Virus record (IMG/VR): IMGVR_UViG_3300020183_000011
Strand: one strand, 5' to 3'
Length of the DNA: 64,000 nucleotides
From: a virus
Part shown: positions 10,560 to 18,791 of the stretch, piece by piece
Layout of the letters: each line of letters starts with the position of its first letter
How positions within the stretch are numbered: position 1 is the first letter of the stretch
Made by a program: the position numbers and the translations under genes
The notes under the pieces: model-generated
Seen by the model: the letters and a program-made list of their open reading frames with translations, nothing else
Told to the model about the DNA's origin: nothing
Database searches by the model: none

Positions 10560-10631
10560 ATGTGGACAAAACCAGCTGCAACTGAAATGCGCTTCGGTTT
10601 CGAAGTAACAATGTACGTAATGAACAAGTAA
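10560..10631 (+). CDS. pqqA: Pyrroloquinoline quinone precursor peptide PqqA
   Basis: 23-aa [26 protein letters not shown] with the ExxxY core; AAGGAG SD; own promoter at 10408-10436 and own terminator; not in the ORF track. Confidence 0.95.
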   Translation: MWTKPAATEMRFGFEVTMYVMNK

Positions 10632-10667
10632 TTGTTCTAGTACATGGACTGGGGATACTCGGTCGGC

Positions 10668-10699
10668 AAAGGGGACTTAAAATGTCCCCTTTATTTTTT
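10668..10699 (+). terminator. Intrinsic terminator after pqqA
   Basis: AAAGGGGAC-TTAAAAT-GTCCCCTTT followed by ATTTTTT. Confidence 0.8.
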
Positions 10700-10758
10700 A
10701 CTATGTACATTAATTAATAATTATGGTATAATGGGCATATTAGTCAAGGAGAATCAAA

Positions 10759-11016
10759 ATAGCTATACCAAATAAAAAGTTTAAACCAAGACCAGACGAA
10801 AGGCAAGGCCTTGCAGTAGACGTGCCTGATGGCCAGTTCGAGAAGGCTTTCAGGAAGTTTAGAAACAAAGTACAAGACTCTGGTCTTTTACAAGAGATAC
10901 GTGATCGTATGCAGTACGAGAAACCATGCATCGCGCGTAAGAAAGCCAAGAATCAATCTCGTAAGAGATGGCTTAAGAAAGTAGCATCTACAAAGTTACC
11001 ACCAAAACTATATTAA
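10759..11016 (+). CDS. rpsU: Ribosomal protein bS21 homolog (probable ATA start; track start is GTG 10822)
   Basis: GLAVDV..GQFEKAFRKFRNKVQDSGLLQEIRDRMQYEKPCIARKK; AAGGAG SD 7 nt before the in-frame ATA at 10759. Confidence 0.88.
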   Translation: MAIPNKKFKPRPDERQGLAVDVPDGQFEKAFRKFRNKVQDSGLLQEIRDRMQYEKPCIARKKAKNQSRKRWLKKVASTKLPPKLY

Positions 11017-11026
11017 GGAGATCATA

Positions 11027-11089
11027 ATGGGTAATCGTGATAAGAAAAAAGAATCAAAAGGCAGACCTAAAAAAGATAAGGCAAAATAA
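11027..11089 (+). CDS. 20-aa lysine-rich micropeptide MGNRDKKKESKGRPKKDKAK
   Basis: TAAGGAG SD; stop overlaps the next ATG. Confidence 0.6.
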   Translation: MGNRDKKKESKGRPKKDKAK

Positions 11090-11292
11090 TGGTAGCAAAG
11101 AATGACATCACTAGTGATAGCATCTTATCAAAGTCAGCCACAAAAGAATTTGATAAGAACTTTGATGCCATCGATTGGTCAGTTAAGTTAGACGCTCCAC
11201 AAGACGGAGACCAAAGACTTAACAATGAAGGCAAACTTGAACATTATTATGGAGGACAGTGGAATGCAACAGGACAAAAAGAACCGACCTGA
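11089..11292 (+). CDS. Hypothetical protein
   Basis: Coupled ORF. Confidence 0.55.
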   Translation: MVAKNDITSDSILSKSATKEFDKNFDAIDWSVKLDAPQDGDQRLNNEGKLEHYYGGQWNATGQKEPT

Positions 11293-11491
11293 GTTACCAA
11301 GGGTCGACGTGCAAAAAGCAGTAAACGCTGTAGGTAACAGGTATTATATGATCTTGATGGCAGCACACATGGCCCGAGACATTACTAAACGAAGAGACTT
11401 CTTAGATCGTAAAGCAGAGAAGCTCCACTATTATGGCTATAAACCTATCAATCAAGCATTGCAGGATATTATAGATGACGCAGGATTATAA
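11264..11491 (+). CDS. rpoZ: RNA polymerase omega subunit-like protein
   Basis: PRVDVQKAVNAVGNRYYMILMAAHMARDI...KPINQALQDI resembles RpoZ ARVTV..A...IGNRF.LVL.AA.RAR...K....AL.EI; GGAGG SD before ATG 11264. Confidence 0.75.
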   Translation: MQQDKKNRPELPRVDVQKAVNAVGNRYYMILMAAHMARDITKRRDFLDRKAEKLHYYGYKPINQALQDIIDDAGL

Positions 11492-11597
11492 GTACACTCA
11501 ACAAGAATGGGATAAGACGGTAGGTTGGGGCAAAGTCCCCGAGGATCGTGAAGTTAAACCCGAGCCTCAAAAAGAAAATAACCTACCAACTAAATAG
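11475..11597 (+). CDS. 40-aa hypothetical protein MTQDYKYTQQEWDKTVGWGKVP...
   Basis: Short ORF below the track threshold. Confidence 0.5.
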   Translation: MTQDYKYTQQEWDKTVGWGKVPEDREVKPEPQKENNLPTK

Positions 11598-11684
11598 GTA
11601 TATACTGACGTATACCAAACGGCATATAAATTTTCGAGCGCGTTTCAATAAATAATTATAGAAACAACAACTAAGGAGATTTAA

Positions 11685-11933
11685 ATGAAAGCTTTGGTAT
11701 TACTCATAACTTTATTTTTTAGTATAGCTTCACATGCAGCAGATGTTGATCAAAACAATATCAACAATCAACAGTTTTCTAGACGACCATATGCAAAGGT
11801 TCCAGCTCCAAAAGCTGAAACATATGAAGGCGACGTGGTTAGTAAAGAAGAGCAAGTTGCTGAAGATAAATATAAGACACTACGTCTGCATCAATTAGGT
11901 CGTAGACCATACGCAGAAAAGAATACAGATTAA
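11685..11933 (+). CDS. Small secreted protein with two RRPY repeats
   Basis: Signal peptide ending ASHA; QQFSRRPY and HQLGRRPY; TAAGGAG SD. Confidence 0.7.
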   Translation: MKALVLLITLFFSIASHAADVDQNNINNQQFSRRPYAKVPAPKAETYEGDVVSKEEQVAEDKYKTLRLHQLGRRPYAEKNTD

Positions 11934-12056
11934 GTATTACTTAGGGTTTTGTGAGGTTCCCTCGTATTAAAATAACCTCACAAGTTGTATAAATAGTATT
12001 GCCTATGCCTTCGGGGTAGGTATTTTGTTAAACTCGCTTAAATAAGGAGAAAATAA

Positions 12057-12542
12057 ATGCGAACAACAAACGTTTCATTTGGCCCTATCTGGCCTTCAAC
12101 AGTTGGATTTGATAACATCATTAATGAGCTAGACGCTTTACTTAATGCTCAAACTCCAGCATCAACCTTCCCACCTCATAACATTATTAAGGTAGACGAC
12201 TATCAATACATCGTTGAACTTGCAATCGCAGGCTTTAATAAACAAGAGGTAACTATCACCCTTAAAGATGGACTACTCGAGATCAAAGGAAATAAAAATC
12301 CTGATGATGTAGATGTACAGTACCTCCATAAGGGAATTGGTACAAGATCATTCATTAAGACTATTAGACTTGCTGACACTGTTGAAGTTAAAGGTGCAGA
12401 GTTCAAGGATGGTATCTTACGTGTTGCTCTTGAGAATGTAATCCCTGAATCTAAGAAGCCTCGTAACATCGAGATCTCTGACTCACTTCCACTAATTCAA
12501 CCCAAAGAAAAAGAGTTGTTAGTAGAAAAGACTGATAGTTAA
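12057..12542 (+). CDS. Small heat-shock protein Hsp20 (IbpA-like)
   Basis: FPPHNII, ELAIAGF, YLHKGIGTRSF, GAEFKDGIL, PESKKPRNIEI. Confidence 0.95.
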   Translation: MRTTNVSFGPIWPSTVGFDNIINELDALLNAQTPASTFPPHNIIKVDDYQYIVELAIAGFNKQEVTITLKDGLLEIKGNKNPDDVDVQYLHKGIGTRSFIKTIRLADTVEVKGAEFKDGILRVALENVIPESKKPRNIEISDSLPLIQPKEKELLVEKTDS

Positions 12543-12576
12543 AGGGTAGGGGAGAGCAATCTCCCCTCATAAATAT

Positions 12577-13099
12577 ATGATGAAGAATGAATTGACAAAA
12601 GACTTAGTTTCTTATCCGTTTTTACGGAGGGGAAACTATCAACTAAAAGTTTCAGTACTTAAAAATATGAGTGTCGTGGTCGTAGGTAATCATCTAATGG
12701 ACATTGATAAGTTTTTTGTAAAACATTTTAGTAACTTAGAAACAGCAGCAGATTTTATAGAATTTACATTATTAAAGGATGAATATGGCGGACACTAAAT
12801 TATTAATCATTAAATTGATCAGCAGCGAAGAGATCTTATGTACTCAAATCTCATCAGGCGAGGGTGTAATGGTCATTAAAGATGCAGTATTATTGATCTA
12901 TAAACAAACTAAAGAAGGTAATATGTCAGTAGGTTTTGCTCCATATATGCCTTATGCAGATGGAACGATCTCACTAAATCACAGCGCTATTGCTTCAAAC
13001 AGTTATCCAAAACAAGAACTAGCAGACGAATATAATCGTATCTTTGGTTCAGGCATCATGATAGCTGGTGCAAACGACGCAGCATTTAAAGCCAAATAA
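12577..13099 (+). CDS. Two hypothetical genes (12577-12798; 12785-13099, a conserved T4-like small beta protein)
   Basis: IIKLISSEEI...YNRIFGSGI pattern typical of genes following hsp20 in T4-like phages. Confidence 0.6.
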
Positions 13100-13135
13100 T
13101 TGTACTTTTAATCCCAGACGGGATATAATTATATT

Positions 13136-13540
13136 ATGAAATCAGTTCCAGACTTCATTGAAGGCCATAAGCCTTCTAATGATATATTGATCTTAGGCCA
13201 ATGTCCCTCTTCTAAAACTAAACCATTTAAGAATGGGACATTTGCACGTCTGAGCAAATGGTTAGAAACTGTAGATGTGCATGCATTTGCATTCCATAAC
13301 GTGATACCTGATAAGATCAATAGTTATGACATTAAAGACGTACAGTATAAGAAGCTATACACTGTATCGCATGGTCGAAAGAAGATCATCGCATTAGGTG
13401 GGTTTGTAGAACGCGTATGTAAGAAGTATAACATACCACACTATAAGATAGATCATCCTTCTCCAAGGAATCGTAACTTAAATGACCCTAAATATGAAGA
13501 GCAGATGTTAAAACGACTAAGAGATTATCTCAATGATTGA
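13136..13540 (+). CDS. Uracil-DNA glycosylase superfamily protein
   Basis: ILILGQCP, NV, KIIALG and HPSPRN motifs. Confidence 0.75.
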   Translation: MKSVPDFIEGHKPSNDILILGQCPSSKTKPFKNGTFARLSKWLETVDVHAFAFHNVIPDKINSYDIKDVQYKKLYTVSHGRKKIIALGGFVERVCKKYNIPHYKIDHPSPRNRNLNDPKYEEQMLKRLRDYLND

Positions 13541-14699
13541 GACTACACAATACTATGACGAGTACATAAGATATTTTAGTCTTGCAAAGGATCAGCAAGA
13601 AAAGTGTAACGTATCTCTTAATCCACCGTATGGTATGATACCGCATGCAGAGTCGGACATGAATGATGATCTACTTCATTATATTGAACTATATGATGTG
13701 GTAGAACGTAAGTACGCAGGGTTTTCTCAGATAGTTAATGATTGCTTTTATGGCTGGACCGAAGATCACCCATACTGGAAAAAGATGGAAGCTGGTAAGA
13801 TCACTCGTCAACGGGATACGATAGCTAAGAACTGGACAGGAAAACACTCAGACTTTAAGTTACCTGAATGGCTGTACATCTTTATCCTCCATCGTGTATG
13901 CGGTTCTGCGATCAACTATTCTACAAAACCAAGTGGATATCACAATACCATACTATTTGGTTTACACAACTGTAAGACTATTGAAGACATGGTCGAGATG
14001 GTGAATAACTATCCATCATCGTTCTATACTTCTGTAGGTTATCAGTTCCCAGCTTTTCCTAAACCACCAGCAGATTCAAGATACAAAAAGGGTGGAGACT
14101 ATTACCTATCAGAGTATGCACCACGATTAGCAAGAGAACTAGCAGAGTATTTAGAATCTGGTGGTAAACGATCATTAAGAGAGATCGGTTCATTCATGTT
14201 GGATTGGAACGTTAAGAACGACTTAAGACAGTACCATTTTCAATACGCAGCAGTGGTTGCAGACGTGGCTGACTGGTATCCTCAGTATGTAGATAAGACA
14301 TCACCATTTTACTACGGTACAAATGCAGTAGAGTGTATATCATATCTTGCTAAACCTACATCTAAGATGAAACAAGAACAATTCTTAGATCAAGTAATGA
14401 TGAAGATATATGAAGATACTAAAGCATACCCATACAATGCAGAAGACGTATGCTGTGACTTCATCCGATGGGTAGAGAACTATGTCCGACCAGGATCTGA
14501 CTACGATCATCTTGATTTTGATAGTGTATGGTCGTCATGTAAGATTAAAGACCATCCATTTGGTAGACAGAAAGCAATGCTACAACTAGGATTAGTAGAC
14601 ACATTTAATAGTATGACAGCTCATCCATCAGATGATGCTATCTTAAAAGCAAACAACATGACTGTAGAACAATATAAGGAACTATGCAAAACACTCTAA
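13533..14699 (+). CDS. aGPT-Pplase-like helical DNA-modification enzyme (paralog 1)
   Basis: YDVVERKY, FQYAAVVADV, YGTNAVECI and C-terminal AEDVCCDFIRW resemble family motifs (F.AY...D, GPGA..GL, E..LCEF.KY). Confidence 0.6.
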   Translation: MIETTQYYDEYIRYFSLAKDQQEKCNVSLNPPYGMIPHAESDMNDDLLHYIELYDVVERKYAGFSQIVNDCFYGWTEDHPYWKKMEAGKITRQRDTIAKNWTGKHSDFKLPEWLYIFILHRVCGSAINYSTKPSGYHNTILFGLHNCKTIEDMVEMVNNYPSSFYTSVGYQFPAFPKPPADSRYKKGGDYYLSEYAPRLARELAEYLESGGKRSLREIGSFMLDWNVKNDLRQYHFQYAAVVADVADWYPQYVDKTSPFYYGTNAVECISYLAKPTSKMKQEQFLDQVMMKIYEDTKAYPYNAEDVCCDFIRWVENYVRPGSDYDHLDFDSVWSSCKIKDHPFGRQKAMLQLGLVDTFNSMTAHPSDDAILKANNMTVEQYKELCKTL

Positions 14700-15673
14700 C
14701 AAGGTTTATCGATAACGTCGAATATAAGAACATCACTTATAAAGGTACATCACCAGTATTACTAAAAGATGGAAAGCCTACAGAGTCTTGGATGAAGGAC
14801 TGGTCACTTGATAAACGTCTCGATAAGTTTTTTGAGTTCTGTCAAGAGTTTGATTTACGTCGTGATCAACTACTAGCAGAAGACTATCAGATCTTCTCAC
14901 ATCGTTTACATTGGCATGAACATCCGTTCTGTGATATCATGAAGAAGGTCATTGATCCTAAGTTAAGATTATGGTACACGCTTACGTTCTCCTTTAGTAA
15001 CGAACACTGGGGCACACTAACACGATTGATGTATCAAGGTCCAGAAAACCTAAGAGAACACTTCAAAGAAAACAGGCATGCACGTAATGACTTGTTTCAG
15101 ATCTACTATCCTAAGAACACTAACGTCAAAGAATGGTTGATCGATGGTCCTATGAAAGCTGCTGAGGAGATGTGGGGGTTTCTTGATAAACATCGTAATA
15201 GGTTAGGACGACCATACACGATGATGGAGTATGCAAAGTTATTAGAGAAGTATTTCAAAGAGAAACAAAACTTTCGTAGTCCATTATATCCATGCAAGAA
15301 CGCCGCACGATACATGGCTATGGCATATCCAGACATCGTAGATCCAGAGTCAGTATTGTTTGGTGGTACTGGTCACTTTGATGGTATGCATCAGATATTT
15401 GGTGTTAACTTAAACGGCAAAGTACAGTATGAGATCGATGTAGATGGTCAGTTCATACCTAAGAATAAGAACGGTGAGTTATGGCTATCACAGATGTATC
15501 AGCTTAGAGATGATCCACGCAACCCAATGAGAAAACAGAAGATGTTAAATATAGAAGATAAGACATGTTTCTTTTATAAGCACATTGCTATATCACATGG
15601 TGTTAAGTCACCTACTAAACGTATACCATATAACTGGATATTCCCTGAAACATTTAGTTTGAGGGTGGCATGA
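14684..15673 (+). CDS. aGPT-Pplase-like helical DNA-modification enzyme (paralog 2)
   Basis: FFEFC...DQLL..DY, GGTGHFDGM, C-terminal IEDKTCFFYK. Confidence 0.55.
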   Translation: MQNTLTRFIDNVEYKNITYKGTSPVLLKDGKPTESWMKDWSLDKRLDKFFEFCQEFDLRRDQLLAEDYQIFSHRLHWHEHPFCDIMKKVIDPKLRLWYTLTFSFSNEHWGTLTRLMYQGPENLREHFKENRHARNDLFQIYYPKNTNVKEWLIDGPMKAAEEMWGFLDKHRNRLGRPYTMMEYAKLLEKYFKEKQNFRSPLYPCKNAARYMAMAYPDIVDPESVLFGGTGHFDGMHQIFGVNLNGKVQYEIDVDGQFIPKNKNGELWLSQMYQLRDDPRNPMRKQKMLNIEDKTCFFYKHIAISHGVKSPTKRIPYNWIFPETFSLRVA

Positions 15674-16572
15674 GAACGTTCGTTGAAGGTGTAAACAAAG
15701 AAGTAGGCATGATGTCATGGTTAGAGGCCAAAGACTATTACCTATCTCTATGTGAAGGATGGACACCATATAACCCAGATCCGGTTGTTATTGAACATGA
15801 AGGCGTGCGAGTAGTTCGAGATGACCTTATCGTTGGTACAAAGACAAGAGCTGGTGATCTGCTAGCAGCAAAGATACCAAACGACACGTTAGTATATGTA
15901 CAGCCGAGAGTCGGGCTTGCTGGTGTATCTCTATGTGATGTAGCTAAGATACATGGTAAGAAGATCGTGTTGTTCATGCCATCATCAAAGCAGATATCAC
16001 ATCATCAAGCATGTTGTATTGAACGTGGGGCAGAGGTGCATTTTGAACGCATAGCTGCTATGCCTAACCTAAACTTAGCTGCTAAGAAGTATGCAGAGGA
16101 AAATGGTTATGCATTCATACCGCTTGGTTTAAAGCATGAACTAGCAACAGCAGGTATTGTATATGCTGCATCTAAGGTGCCAGAACCTGATGAAGTTTAT
16201 GTAGCTATAAGTACTGGTGTACTATCACGTGCACTACAGATCGCATGGCCAAATGCAAAGTTCCATTCGGTAGCTGTAGCTCGTAACCTACAACAAGGAG
16301 AATTAGGTAGAGCAGAATTTATTGACGAACCACTTGAATTTGCAACACCCGAAAAGCTTGAGAACTTACCGCCGTTCCCTACAGTACGTACATACGATGC
16401 TAAAGTTTGGAAGTACATACCAAAAAATACGGGTAAGAACATACTGATGTGGAACGTTGGAACAGATCCAGTATTAAACGATTACAGTATCATAGATAAG
16501 ACAGACTCATATAGAAAATGGAAAAAAGATGAAACTACTACTAACACAGCCACTCTCGCCAGTTTCCAATAA
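15670..16572 (+). CDS. PLP-dependent enzyme, fold type II (TrpB/ACC-deaminase-like)
   Basis: VVRDDLIVGTKTR with the Schiff-base Lys; VAISTGVL phosphate loop; YDAK; MWNVG. Confidence 0.8.
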   Translation: MRTFVEGVNKEVGMMSWLEAKDYYLSLCEGWTPYNPDPVVIEHEGVRVVRDDLIVGTKTRAGDLLAAKIPNDTLVYVQPRVGLAGVSLCDVAKIHGKKIVLFMPSSKQISHHQACCIERGAEVHFERIAAMPNLNLAAKKYAEENGYAFIPLGLKHELATAGIVYAASKVPEPDEVYVAISTGVLSRALQIAWPNAKFHSVAVARNLQQGELGRAEFIDEPLEFATPEKLENLPPFPTVRTYDAKVWKYIPKNTGKNILMWNVGTDPVLNDYSIIDKTDSYRKWKKDETTTNTATLASFQ

Positions 16573-17581
16573 GATACACTCGCATAAGGCATCACAAGGT
16601 ATCATCTATGCTGATCAGCTAAAGAATGCTGGGATGGATGTGACTGTCCACATGACTGGTAATCAACTACTTGACTATAATGCATACGATACAGTAGCGT
16701 TATATCATGGTAATGACTGGGGTGGATCACTCAACCTATTCGGTGGATTAGAGAACTATGCAAACATAGAGTACATCATCGCACTAAGTAACTTTCGAGG
16801 TGCAGTATGGTCGCTAGCGATAGATATGCCAGATTATTGGGGTATGTTATATCCGCGAGTCGAGGATGCTATTCGCAATGACAAGAAGATGAACAAGCTA
16901 TGGAAACAGGTAGATTGGGTTGGATTAAAAGATCTACAAGAACGAGCTATCACCTATGATCCAAACCTTGCTAAGAGATATAATAAGATAGCGATAGGTG
17001 ACAGCCATGCTATTTGTATGTACAGACCCGGATGGATGAACGTATCTACTCCGTTTAAGACATTACATGGAGCCATCTCAATGGGCTTCGACTCATTCAT
17101 ACCAGAAGGTGAGTACAATGAAATCGAAGTATACTTTGGCAACATTGATATTCGTCACCATTTGATGAGACAACTGGATCCGATTCAATCTACTAGAGAT
17201 CTTGCTGCTAGGTATATAAAAGAATGTCTACGCATTAAAGATCTATATAAAGCAAACGTTATGATATGGGAACAGTTACCTATAGAGAACGAGTCTCGAA
17301 TATTACCAAAGACTGGTTACTATAAAGGTACTGCATACACTGGAACACAGAAGGAACGTGATAACCTTCGTAAGATATTTAAAGAAGAGTTGTTGAAAGG
17401 TCCGATACCTGTATTTGAATGGGTAGACGACATGATAAACGATAAGGGTGAGCTTGATTTTGAGTTCATGGAGAAGCCTAAGTCGGTCCACTTGTCCAGA
17501 GCCTCATACCCACATTGGACTGGAGCTGACTGGAATGCTCCAAAAGCGTCCCCAAATAGTCTAGAGACATTCTTTTTATAA
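16529..17581 (+). CDS. Two-domain protein with a C-terminal SGNH hydrolase/acyltransferase-like domain
   Basis: IGDSH, FGNIDIRHH and SVHLS blocks. Confidence 0.55.
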   Translation: MKLLLTQPLSPVSNKIHSHKASQGIIYADQLKNAGMDVTVHMTGNQLLDYNAYDTVALYHGNDWGGSLNLFGGLENYANIEYIIALSNFRGAVWSLAIDMPDYWGMLYPRVEDAIRNDKKMNKLWKQVDWVGLKDLQERAITYDPNLAKRYNKIAIGDSHAICMYRPGWMNVSTPFKTLHGAISMGFDSFIPEGEYNEIEVYFGNIDIRHHLMRQLDPIQSTRDLAARYIKECLRIKDLYKANVMIWEQLPIENESRILPKTGYYKGTAYTGTQKERDNLRKIFKEELLKGPIPVFEWVDDMINDKGELDFEFMEKPKSVHLSRASYPHWTGADWNAPKASPNSLETFFL

Positions 17582-17655
17582 GTTATTGATTTATATAGCA
17601 ATTTATTTTAACATACCTATGTACATTAATTCGTGCATAGGGTATAATGATTTAT

Positions 17656-17994
17656 ATGATAATACGTCCGCACATTCCTAGGCGCAAGCCTAAAAAACCT
17701 AATGCTAAGCAACGTCAGCTCAAGGCTGATTGGCAAGCGCTATTAGCTAAGTACGATATTAAACCCGGTCACAAAGCAACTAAATCTAAGTTGCCGTCTG
17801 ATCCAGTAGTTATTCGTCGAGAAACTCCAAGCTATCCATCATTGAATAGCGGTGTTGGCTCGACAGCTAAAAAAGCATCACAACAATATACAGGTGATGC
17901 TATGATAGGTATCGGTCAGCTGCATAAATCCAATGCAGTTCCTATTTTCAAAGCCGAAGATGCAATAGACATTTCAAAAATGAGGAGAAACTAA
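17656..17994 (+). CDS. Conserved T4-like hypothetical basic protein
   Basis: YTGDAMIGIGQLHKSNAVP; ATG 17647 overlaps the -10 box, so 17656 is preferred. Confidence 0.65.
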   Translation: MIIRPHIPRRKPKKPNAKQRQLKADWQALLAKYDIKPGHKATKSKLPSDPVVIRRETPSYPSLNSGVGSTAKKASQQYTGDAMIGIGQLHKSNAVPIFKAEDAIDISKMRRN

Positions 17995-18663
17995 ATGAAA
18001 GCTAAAAATTTATCAGCTCTTTTAGCGTCATTACTATTAGTTGTTGGGTGTAGTTCTAATCCTAAAGTTGCAACTATTACTAATCCGTTAGAAGCAAAGC
18101 CAGATATTAAAAAACAAGAGGTCAAGTTCCTTGAACAATATGGTCATGTGAAACTTGAGTTCGATGAAAACGGTGAAGAGTGGTTAACACTTGAATCTAC
18201 AGGTACTGCTCCATTAAACTTCAATCATGCAAATTCTCGTGAAGAGGCGTTCATGGTTGCAAACATGAGAGCACAACGAAACCTAACAGAGTTCTTAAGC
18301 TCATCAGTCAAGTCTGATAAGGTTACTGACTCAATCTCTAAAGTAGTGTTAGATGATAACATCAACGGTTCAACTAGCGATACTAAAAAGCCAACACAAG
18401 GCTTAGATGCACTAGGTGAGATGGTAGGTATTGACAAGACTGAAACTGCTTCTGAAAATACAGAGAAACGTAACCGTGCAAACAAAGTAGCACAGACAGT
18501 TAAAGAGACTATAAGTCAATCAGCAAACGGTATCTTAAAAGGTACTATGATCGTAGAACGTAAGATCGATGCTGATGTGAACATGGTCGCTGTGACTATC
18601 AGAGTATCTAAGAAGTCAATCAATGCTTCACGTAAGATTAGAAACCAAATGGACGGTGTATAA
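17995..18663 (+). CDS. Lipoprotein (LPP20-like)
   Basis: Lipobox LVVGC; EEAFMVANMRAQRNL. Confidence 0.65.
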   Translation: MKAKNLSALLASLLLVVGCSSNPKVATITNPLEAKPDIKKQEVKFLEQYGHVKLEFDENGEEWLTLESTGTAPLNFNHANSREEAFMVANMRAQRNLTEFLSSSVKSDKVTDSISKVVLDDNINGSTSDTKKPTQGLDALGEMVGIDKTETASENTEKRNRANKVAQTVKETISQSANGILKGTMIVERKIDADVNMVAVTIRVSKKSINASRKIRNQMDGV

Positions 18664-18791
18664 TGATTAAATTTATAATCGGAGCGATCGTAGGCTTTTA
18701 TATAGGTAGCATAGGTGTTGAAGCATCTGTGGCTAAATTAAACACTGCTGTAGATACTGTACAAGAATGGTCTACTAGTGCGACTAAATAA
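18663..18791 (+). CDS. Small membrane protein (42 aa)
   Basis: MIKFIIGAIVGFYIGSIGV; coupled to the previous stop. Confidence 0.5.
   Translation: MIKFIIGAIVGFYIGSIGVEASVAKLNTAVDTVQEWSTSATK

Noticed and set aside
11519-11587. Possible three-way-junction ncRNA (GGTAGGTT...AACCTACC enclosing two hairpins)
   Set aside because: It lies wholly within a plausible 40-aa ORF (11475-11597), and no covariation evidence is available
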